Position numbers and translations under genes: made by a program. The notes beneath the pieces are model-generated. The model was not told the DNA's origin and did not search any database. It worked only from the letters and a program-made list of their open reading frames with translations. Below are positions 32,388 through 39,608 of a stretch of DNA of 45,585 nt, piece by piece (the first letter of the stretch is position 1; each line of letters begins with the position of its first letter). The stretch comes from Candidatus Nanoarchaeia archaeon (GTDB lineage: Archaea > Nanobdellota > Nanobdellia > Pacearchaeales > GW2011-AR1): positions 1-45,585 of the forward strand of contig JAQTOY010000003.1 in NCBI GenBank assembly GCA_028713045.1, written 5' to 3'.

Positions 32388-33806
32388 ATGGAAATTGACA
32401 AGAGAATAATAAAGGCTTATGCATTAAAAAATGCAATAGAACACGAAGGCAAGGCAGTTGCTGGAAGTGTTATTTCTGGGTTGTTCAATCATGGTTTGAC
32501 AAAAGAGGGTATAAAGGATATTATGCCGATTGTCAATGCAATTTTAAGAGAGGTTAATGCAGTTTCTTTGGCAGAACAGGAGAAAGAATTTATGCCTTTA
32601 AAAAATATTATAGGTCATAGGTTTGAACGAGGGGATGAACTTCCAGAGCTTGAAGGAGCTGAAAGAGGTGTTGTAATGAGATTTTCACCTTCACCTTCGG
32701 GGCCAATGCATCTCGGACATATTTTTACAGGAATGGTAAGTTCGCTTTATGTCAAAAAATATGGAGGTAAATTTTATCTCCAGATAGAAGACACCAATCC
32801 TGAAAATATTTATGCTCCTGCTTATAAATTGCTGAAAGAAGATGCAGACTGGATTTTTGGAAATGTTTCAGAGACAATAATACAGTCAGAAAGAATGAAA
32901 CTTTATTATAAATATATTGAAAAGTTATTTGAAAAAGAGGCTATTTACGTCTGTATATGCAGTTCTGAAAAATTTAAGAAATTAGTTGATGCTCAAAAAT
33001 CCTGTCCATGCAGAGAGATTTCCAAAAAAGAAAATTTAGAAAGATGGAAGAAGATGCTTGATAAAAAAGGCTACAAAGAAGGAAGAGCAGTAATCAGGTT
33101 TAAATCCGATTTGAATGACCCAAATCCTGCATTCAGAGATTTTCCTTTAGCAAGGATTATTCTTAAAAAACATCCGAGGCAGGGAAAAAAATACAGAGTC
33201 TGGCCTTTGATGAATCTCTGCGTCACTGTTGATGATATTGAATTAAACAAAACGCATATAATACGGGCAAAAGAACACCGGGACAATGCGACAAGGCAGA
33301 AGATGATTTACAAATCCTTAGGGCTGGAAAAAATTTATCCAAGAACTTATTTTTTGGGAAGATATAATTTTACCGATTTGGCTATTTCAGATACAAAGAC
33401 AAGAAAAGCAATTGAAAAAGGGAAGTTTTGGGGATGGGATGATATAAGGCTGCCTTTTGTACTTCCGTTTAAAAAACGTGGCTATCAAAAAGAAGCTTTT
33501 GAAAAATTAGTCATTCAAAGAGGTTTGAGCGAAGTTGACAAAGTGATTTCAAAAGAGGATTTTTTTAAAGTCCTCAATAATTTTAATAGAGAGATTTTGA
33601 AGGATAAATGCAGAAAAGCAGATTTTCAAAAAACAAATGAAAAAAACTCTAATGCAATAATTCTTATGCCCGATGCAAAAAAAGTTTTTGGAAAAATTGA
33701 TGTTAAACCCAAAAAAGACGAGATAATATATTTTTCAAGGATTGGTTATGCAAAATTCAATGAAAGAAAGGCAAAAAAACCGGTTTTTTGGTTCTGTCAT
33801 GAATAA
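32388..33806 (+). CDS. gltX: Glutamyl-tRNA synthetase (archaeal/eukaryotic type), short form
   Basis: N-terminal 'YALKNAIEHEGKA' as in archaeal GluRS. HIGH region 'RFSPSPSGPMHLGHI'. Also 'IEDTNPE' and 'GWDDIRLPF..PFKKRGY'. At 472 aa it has a short C-terminal region. Confidence 0.8.
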   Translation: MEIDKRIIKAYALKNAIEHEGKAVAGSVISGLFNHGLTKEGIKDIMPIVNAILREVNAVSLAEQEKEFMPLKNIIGHRFERGDELPELEGAERGVVMRFSPSPSGPMHLGHIFTGMVSSLYVKKYGGKFYLQIEDTNPENIYAPAYKLLKEDADWIFGNVSETIIQSERMKLYYKYIEKLFEKEAIYVCICSSEKFKKLVDAQKSCPCREISKKENLERWKKMLDKKGYKEGRAVIRFKSDLNDPNPAFRDFPLARIILKKHPRQGKKYRVWPLMNLCVTVDDIELNKTHIIRAKEHRDNATRQKMIYKSLGLEKIYPRTYFLGRYNFTDLAISDTKTRKAIEKGKFWGWDDIRLPFVLPFKKRGYQKEAFEKLVIQRGLSEVDKVISKEDFFKVLNNFNREILKDKCRKADFQKTNEKNSNAIILMPDAKKVFGKIDVKPKKDEIIYFSRIGYAKFNERKAKKPVFWFCHE

Positions 33807-33889
33807 AAACTTTTATAAACTAAAATATACTCGTTAATTTAATAAATTGATAAATGATTAAAAAGAGGAATGAAAGGAGGTTAAGAATT

Positions 33890-34312
33890 ATGATACGAAA
33901 AAAAGCACAAGGTGAGATTATTACCACGGTCCTGATTATTCTACTTATTCTTGCCGCAATTGTTATTGTCTGGCAGGTTGTTCAAAGTTCGGTCAGCAGA
34001 GGAGGAGAACAGGCAAAATCTCAGACCAGCTGTATTGGTTTGAATTACGTAATATTAAAGGTAAATTCAACCGGTTCAATACAAATAAGAAGAGATACTG
34101 GAGCTCCAGATGTTGCTAGTTTTACAGCAAGAGTTTTTGTTGATTCAGTAGATACTGGAAAAACTGTTTTAGTTGGAGGAGAACTTAATACTACAACTTT
34201 TGAAGTTGCACCTTCACCCGTTTGGAATGCAGGTTCAAAACTTCAATTAGCACCTATTGTTTCTGGAACACAATGTGATTTAGGACCTGAGAAACTCATT
34301 ACTCTGAAATAA
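33890..34312 (+). CDS. Archaeal type IV pilin-like protein (class III signal peptide), paralogue 1
   Basis: 'MIRKKAQG|EIITTVLIILLILAAIVIVWQVV'. Start at 33890 was chosen by homology to paralogue 2 and by 'GGAGGT' 8 nt upstream. The alternative ATG is 33854. Confidence 0.7.
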   Translation: MIRKKAQGEIITTVLIILLILAAIVIVWQVVQSSVSRGGEQAKSQTSCIGLNYVILKVNSTGSIQIRRDTGAPDVASFTARVFVDSVDTGKTVLVGGELNTTTFEVAPSPVWNAGSKLQLAPIVSGTQCDLGPEKLITLK

Positions 34313-34342
34313 ATTTATTTTTTTATTTTTATTTTTATTTTG
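34313..34342 (+). terminator. Oligo-T tract after pilin 1
   Basis: 'ATTTATTTTTTTATTTTTATTTTTATTTTG', an archaeal-style T-run terminator. Confidence 0.5.
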
Positions 34343-34387
34343 TTATATAAAAACTTTAGTTTGATTAAATAGACATAAAAAAGATTT

Positions 34388-34849
34388 ATGGTACAAAAAG
34401 GAAAAAAAGCACAAGGTGAAATTATCACAACTGTAATAATTATAATTCTAGTTCTAGCTTCAATTGTTATTGTCTGGCAGGTTGTTCAAAGTTCAGTTAG
34501 CAAAGGTGGAGAACAGGGCAAAGGTCAGAGCAGTTGCATTGGTTTGAATTATGTTATAACAAAAGCAGTTGCTAATGCAACAGGGTTAGCTGCTGGAGCG
34601 GGAAACATTACAATAAGAAGAAATACCGGGGCTCCAGATGTTGCCAGTTTCCAAGCAAAAGTATTCGTAGATGGAGTTGACACTGGAAAAACTATCTTGG
34701 TTGGCGGTGAATTAAATACAACGCTTTTCAAAATTGATTTGGGGGCAAATGCGGTAAGTATCCCAGTAGGTTCAAAGGTTCAGTTAGCGCCTATTGTTGG
34801 AACAACTCAATGCGGATTCGGTCCCGAGAAAACCGTGACCTTAAAGTAA
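34388..34849 (+). CDS. Archaeal type IV pilin-like protein, paralogue 2
   Basis: 'MVQKGKKAQG|EIITTVIIIILVLASIVIVWQVV'. Conserved Cys pair ('CIGLNY' ... 'TQCGFGPEK') shared with paralogue 1. Confidence 0.75.
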   Translation: MVQKGKKAQGEIITTVIIIILVLASIVIVWQVVQSSVSKGGEQGKGQSSCIGLNYVITKAVANATGLAAGAGNITIRRNTGAPDVASFQAKVFVDGVDTGKTILVGGELNTTLFKIDLGANAVSIPVGSKVQLAPIVGTTQCGFGPEKTVTLK

Positions 34850-34874
34850 TTTTTTATTTTTTCTTTTATTTTTG
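34850..34874 (+). terminator. Oligo-T tract after pilin 2
   Basis: 'TTTTTTATTTTTTCTTTTATTTTTG'. Confidence 0.5.
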
Positions 34875-34955
34875 AAATTTATTCTTGTTTTTTATTGATA
34901 GTTTTATAAACTGAAAAGTATACTCATTTAGAATTATCCATGATAAAAAGAGGTT

Positions 34956-35492
34956 ATGATGAATTATATTTTTAAAAAAAATAAAAAAGCAGAACCCGCC
35001 CTTGTTACAATGATCCTAGTTATATTTCTTATCATAATAGCAATTGCACTAATTTGGAAGGTTATCTTGACATTTGTTAATGAGGGAACTGGAGAAGTTT
35101 CTTATAAAAGCGATTGTCTAAAAACAAAACTCGAGATTCTTGAAGCTAATAATAATTCTAAGGATAATCTTGTTTTAACGAGAGGGGTTGGTTCTGGAAG
35201 GCTTATTGGAGTAAAAGTTTTTTTGAATAATCAGAATATAGATACTTTTCCTATAAACCTATCTGAAGTTGAAGAAAAGGCATTTACAATCAAGAACCCT
35301 CTTTTGAGGAATAATCCTGATGCGGTTGGAAAATATGTAAAGATTGTAAAATTAGTTGGGAATGAGTTTAATAATTCAAAGATTTGCGAACCTGATGGTA
35401 AATCTGCAAAAGGCGGGGTTAAGGTTACAGATGGTAGAATTTCATTTCTAAGTCAATTAAATGTTTGGATTAATATCTATAAATTAAGATAA
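34956..35492 (+). CDS. Archaeal type IV pilin-like protein, divergent paralogue 3
   Basis: 'KKNKKAEPALVTMILVIFLIIIAIALIWKVI'. Cys pair 'DCLKT' ... 'KICEPDGK'. SD-like 'AGAGGT' upstream. Confidence 0.6.
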   Translation: MMNYIFKKNKKAEPALVTMILVIFLIIIAIALIWKVILTFVNEGTGEVSYKSDCLKTKLEILEANNNSKDNLVLTRGVGSGRLIGVKVFLNNQNIDTFPINLSEVEEKAFTIKNPLLRNNPDAVGKYVKIVKLVGNEFNNSKICEPDGKSAKGGVKVTDGRISFLSQLNVWINIYKLR

Positions 35493-35527
35493 TCAATTTT
35501 ATAAAGTATTTTTCTTTATAAATTATT

Positions 35528-35842
35528 ATGGTAATGTTGGTAGATGAATCCTCAGGCTTTACCCGGGAGGAAAGAGTAGTTCTTACTACATTAAGAAAGA
35601 AAAGAAAAATGCGGGAAGATGAATACCATCTGCTTCATAGCATATTAGATTTTTCTGGAATGGGTATTGGATTCGAATATGAATTAAGGTATTGGTCAGA
35701 TGTTGATAGAAGATTCAGATCTGTTAAAGGGGCAATACCTTATAGTTCTGAATTGCATGAAGTTATAGAGGGTTTAATAAAAAAAGGCATGCTTGAGAGA
35801 AATCTTCAGGATCCTATTGAATTAATGTATGTCTCAAAATAA
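35528..35842 (+). CDS. Orphan 104-aa Arg/Glu-rich protein (possible winged-helix)
   Basis: TTTATAAA (35498-35505) lies 23 nt upstream. 'SSELHEVIEGLIKKGMLER' looks like a recognition helix. Nothing firmer. Confidence 0.5.
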   Translation: MVMLVDESSGFTREERVVLTTLRKKRKMREDEYHLLHSILDFSGMGIGFEYELRYWSDVDRRFRSVKGAIPYSSELHEVIEGLIKKGMLERNLQDPIELMYVSK

Positions 35843-35962
35843 AAATATTTAGTCTTCTAGTTATTATCTTTAATGTTTATGTAGTATTTTAACTGCAGGA
35901 ATCTAAGAGTCATGAAATTCTAATCCTGAGTTTATTAAATATATAAATCTCCAATTTAATTA

Positions 35963-37408
35963 TTAAAATAATCTTTTTATCATATAGACTTTATTTTTAT
36001 CCAATTTGTAACTTAGTTTTTCATAATATTTTCTTACTCCTATTCCAGATATTACTTTTAGTTCAAAGAGTTTGTTTTCTTTTGTTATTTCCTCGGCTTT
36101 TTTCATGAGCTGTTTTCCAAGGCCTCTGTGCTGAAAGGCTTTTCTTGATTTTTCTTTCAAAGACAAAGAAGGCCCATAAACATGAAGCTCTCTTACAAAA
36201 GCTTCGCTTTTGTTATCTTTATTTTGAAAAATCCTTAATCTGCATAACCCAAATAAAATATTATTTTTATTTACAATCTCTAGGAAATATTCTTTGCCAT
36301 TGCTAGCCTTGTATTCTGTAATTTTTAATCTTAAATCTCGGTTTATTTTTTTGAGACTATCTCTTAATTCAAATCCAATCTCACGGAACCTTGTCTCTTT
36401 TATTTTTGTTTTTGAAAGTTTTAGTTTTTCATCAATATCTTTTCTTAAATCAATCCTTAAAATTCCTGCTGTTAGATAATCTGGAGGGATTTCTCTCATT
36501 ATCCTCATTACCCTGCAGTAGTTTGGGATTATTTTCATTATTTTGATTACCAGACTCTCAACTTGCTCTTTGGAATAAGGTTTGTATTTTCCCTTTTTGT
36601 ATAATTTTTCCAATTCCGCTCCTTTAATGACCTGACAGGGATATATCTTTAATTGGTCTGGCTTGAAATCCGGATTTTTAAAAAGTTCTTTAAACATCTG
36701 AAAGTCTTTTTTTGGATTTGAATATGGGAGGCCAAGCATCATATGAAAACCAATTTTAAATCCGGAATTTTTCAGCAATCTTGTTGCTTCAACGACTTCT
36801 TTAGTTCCGTGACCCCGGTTTATTTTTTTGTATATAGAATCATCCAGGCATTGAACTCCTAATTCAACCCTTGTGCATCCGAAATCCAATATTTTTTTAA
36901 TCTCTTTTTCATTTATTGTATCAGGTCTTGTTTCAATACATAATGCAACACACCTATGTTCGGCAAGTTCATTTATCTTTTTTGCTTCATTCAGATTTTT
37001 AGAATTTCTGTTGTTTAATGCATCATAGCATCTTTTGATGAAATTATTCTGATAATTTAAGGGATATTCCAGGAAATTACCACCCATGACAATAAGTTCT
37101 ATTTTATCAGTAGGATGGTTCATCAATTTAAATGCTTTTAATCTTGATTTTATTTGTTCATAAGGATCATATCTTAATCTTTCAGCCCTTAACACTGGAG
37201 GCGATTTTGGAGTGTAGGATTGGGGTACATTAAGAGAAGGGCAATACAGACAGGTTCCATGCCTGCATTTTTTTGGTTTTGCCATGACTGCAATTGGAGT
37301 TACTCCTGCAAGAGTCTTGGTAGGTTTTCTAATTTCATCCTTGTTTGGTATTTTCATTTTGAATTTTTTGATAAAACTTTTAAAAAAGGTTTTGAAATAT
37401 TTAATCAA
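35963..37408 (-). CDS. elp3: Elp3-family radical SAM / GNAT protein (tRNA wobble-uridine modification)
   Basis: Radical-SAM Cys cluster 'CRHGTCLYCP', 'VELGVQ', GNAT 'FQHRGLGKQLMKKAEE'. Confidence 0.85.
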   Translation of the reverse strand: MIKYFKTFFKSFIKKFKMKIPNKDEIRKPTKTLAGVTPIAVMAKPKKCRHGTCLYCPSLNVPQSYTPKSPPVLRAERLRYDPYEQIKSRLKAFKLMNHPTDKIELIVMGGNFLEYPLNYQNNFIKRCYDALNNRNSKNLNEAKKINELAEHRCVALCIETRPDTINEKEIKKILDFGCTRVELGVQCLDDSIYKKINRGHGTKEVVEATRLLKNSGFKIGFHMMLGLPYSNPKKDFQMFKELFKNPDFKPDQLKIYPCQVIKGAELEKLYKKGKYKPYSKEQVESLVIKIMKIIPNYCRVMRIMREIPPDYLTAGILRIDLRKDIDEKLKLSKTKIKETRFREIGFELRDSLKKINRDLRLKITEYKASNGKEYFLEIVNKNNILFGLCRLRIFQNKDNKSEAFVRELHVYGPSLSLKEKSRKAFQHRGLGKQLMKKAEEITKENKLFELKVISGIGVRKYYEKLSYKLDKNKVYMIKRLF

Positions 37409-37433
37409 TTATATATTCTACTTGATAATTATA

Positions 37434-37441
37434 TTTATAAA
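37434..37441. promoter_or_regulatory. Single palindromic TATA box TTTATAAA shared by two divergent genes
   Basis: It lies 22 nt from ATG 37463 (+) and 26 nt from ATG 37408 (-). The whole intergenic region is 54 bp. Confidence 0.55.
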
Positions 37442-37462
37442 TACTCTTAAAATTACTCTGAA

Positions 37463-38065
37463 ATGAAAACAGGGAACATGAATGAAAAAAAAGAAGACAT
37501 AAACAAATATAATCTCGTCTATATAAAGGATTTTGAAAGACTTCATCTTCCGAGGTTCATACTAGGAAATTTTATAAAAAGATATCCTGAAAAAGTTTCT
37601 ATAAGAAAATTTTTATTCAAGAAATTGATTGATAATCCAGAGCTTTCAGCAGAAGTCCTTGAAAATTTAAGAGGATCTTCAGAAGATATTGTTTCTATTG
37701 AGGACACTATTTACAAAAAAGGTATAGATGCTGAAACTGGGGATGTGTATTTTGATAGTTATATGGATTTGACTGCTGAAGTGATAAGGTCAATGAACCA
37801 TTCAGATATACGAAATCTGTTATTGCTTTTGTTAAACTCTCCAAGAAGGAGTGTTATGATAAAGGATTTGTTGTCTCTTCCAGGTTTTAATCCTGTGCTT
37901 TTTGGAAATGGAAAAATATTCCTGTCTTTTTATGATTTTACAAAGAAAACTGATAAAATAAACCAATGCAAGATTGGTTTAAATATAATAAAGGACGGAT
38001 ATTCACATAGACAGGATTTAGGATTATTAACTTATTCTGTTTATAAAAGAAGGCCTAATTTCTGA
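37463..38065 (+). CDS. Hypothetical 200-aa protein
   Basis: ORF with exact TATA spacing. No motif recognised. Its 3' end overlaps the convergent gene by 11 nt. Confidence 0.55.
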   Translation: MKTGNMNEKKEDINKYNLVYIKDFERLHLPRFILGNFIKRYPEKVSIRKFLFKKLIDNPELSAEVLENLRGSSEDIVSIEDTIYKKGIDAETGDVYFDSYMDLTAEVIRSMNHSDIRNLLLLLLNSPRRSVMIKDLLSLPGFNPVLFGNGKIFLSFYDFTKKTDKINQCKIGLNIIKDGYSHRQDLGLLTYSVYKRRPNF

Positions 38066-38855
38066 TTCCAGCTTTTTCAATCTGTTTTATTGCCTTTAAC
38101 ATACCTGAACTGTACTGTGCAGCTTTTTTTTCTTTATAACTTATATTTTTTGATAATCCTATTTTTTCTCCGAGTTTTCTTAATATATACTTTCTCTGTC
38201 CATCCTTTATCTTTAAATCAAATGGTAGAGAAATGCAAAAATCTATAATTTTTTCATCTAGATAAGGCATGAGAAGATTTTTATTAAAACTTTTAGCAAT
38301 ACTCAAATCCCTTAATTTTCCAAATTTATATAACAAATCCGCATCTTTATTTATTTCTTTTGCCGCATCTTCTTTATTCATTTTTAGATATCTATAGTAA
38401 CCTCCAAATAATTCATCAGCGCCTTGCCCACTTATCAGATTTTTTTCCTTAGAATATTTTGAAACAAAAAACAAAGGCAAGTAAAATGATATAGATATCA
38501 TATTGGGCTTTAATATTTCAGAATTAATCTCATTTTTATGCTTCATATATAAATCTTCAAGAATTTTTTTAATAATCGGGATTGTCTCTTCTATTTCTTT
38601 ATTATTAATTAAAATTTTTTTTAAATCTATTCTAATCTCTTTTGCGGCTTTTTCAGCAGAATCAAAATCTTTAGAATTTTCAATGCCGATGACATAGGCG
38701 GTTATTTTGTTTTTAAAAGATTTTGCAAGTTTGGCTATGACTGAGCTGTCCAAGCCTCCTGAAAGAGCTATTCCAATCTCATTTTCTCCAATTAGTTTTT
38801 TAACGCTTTCTGTTAAAAGAGCTTCAAATTCCCTAAGTTTTTCTTTTTCATTCAT
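38055..38855 (-). CDS. PP-loop ATP pyrophosphatase, asparagine-synthetase (AsnB) C-terminal-domain-like, no glutaminase domain
   Basis: Start set at ATG 38855 ('MNEKEK'). 'GIALSGGLDSSVIAKLA' and 'GQGADELFGGYYRY'. Confidence 0.7.
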   Translation of the reverse strand: MNEKEKLREFEALLTESVKKLIGENEIGIALSGGLDSSVIAKLAKSFKNKITAYVIGIENSKDFDSAEKAAKEIRIDLKKILINNKEIEETIPIIKKILEDLYMKHKNEINSEILKPNMISISFYLPLFFVSKYSKEKNLISGQGADELFGGYYRYLKMNKEDAAKEINKDADLLYKFGKLRDLSIAKSFNKNLLMPYLDEKIIDFCISLPFDLKIKDGQRKYILRKLGEKIGLSKNISYKEKKAAQYSSGMLKAIKQIEKAGIRN

Positions 38856-38898
38856 GTTTAAGAACAATATGGTTCCTAATTTATATATAACAAAAGGT

Positions 38899-38906
38899 TT
38901 TATAAG
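38899..38906 (+). promoter_or_regulatory. TATA box TTTATAAG, 22 nt before ATG 38928
   Basis: Exact spacing. Confidence 0.55.
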
Positions 38907-38927
38907 GCTTTCCTGAATTTTAATCTC

Positions 38928-39599
38928 ATGAGCAATATAATAATAACAAGCGAAAATAAAAACTTAGACATGAATCAAAGAGAAGTTTGGGATAGCATAT
39001 CTAATCAAGATTGTGATAAGAGAAAAAAGCCTTTTTTTAAAGTCGAGGAATTCTTGCTTGGAAAAAATGGAAAAATCCTTGATTTAGGATGCGGGAGCGG
39101 AAGAAACATGGTTTCAGGAGATTTTGAATATTATGGTGTTGATTTTTCAAAAAAACATATAAGATCTGCTAAAAAAATAGCTAAAGAAAAAAATATAAAA
39201 GCTAAATTTTTTGAGCTAGATGCAGAGAATCTTGATAAAAATATTTTCAGAGATGAAATGTTTGATTATGGACTATTTATAGGAACCCTGCATTGTTTGG
39301 AGAGTGCAGATGCAAGAGAAAATGCCCTAAAAGGATTTTACAGAGTTTTGAAAAATGGAGGAGAAGGATTAATTTCTGTTTGGAATTCAGAAGACAAAAG
39401 GTTTAATGGATTAAAAGGAGAGGTGTACATGTCATGGAAAAAAGAAGAAACAGATTACATGAGATTTTATTATATATATGAAAAAAATGAATTTATTGAT
39501 TTATTGAAGAAAACCGGATTTAAGATTATGGATATTTTTGAAAATGACTCTTATGATAGATTCTCTAAAAAGAATCTAATTGTTAGAGTTAAAAAATAG
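38928..39599 (+). CDS. Class I SAM-dependent methyltransferase
   Basis: 'ILDLGCGSGRN', 'YYGVDFS', 'FDYGLFIGTLHCL', 'LKNGGEGLISVW'. Confidence 0.8.
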   Translation: MSNIIITSENKNLDMNQREVWDSISNQDCDKRKKPFFKVEEFLLGKNGKILDLGCGSGRNMVSGDFEYYGVDFSKKHIRSAKKIAKEKNIKAKFFELDAENLDKNIFRDEMFDYGLFIGTLHCLESADARENALKGFYRVLKNGGEGLISVWNSEDKRFNGLKGEVYMSWKKEETDYMRFYYIYEKNEFIDLLKKTGFKIMDIFENDSYDRFSKKNLIVRVKK

Positions 39600-39608
39600 A
39601 TTTACTTT

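Noticed and set aside
32388-32600. The GluRS N-terminal 'YALKNAIEHEGKA' segment as an unusual GatB/YqeY-like fusion.
   Set aside because: From memory of archaeal GluRS sequences, for example the 'YALLNAVKHRG' type of N-terminus, this segment is a normal part of archaeal GluRS and not a novel fusion.
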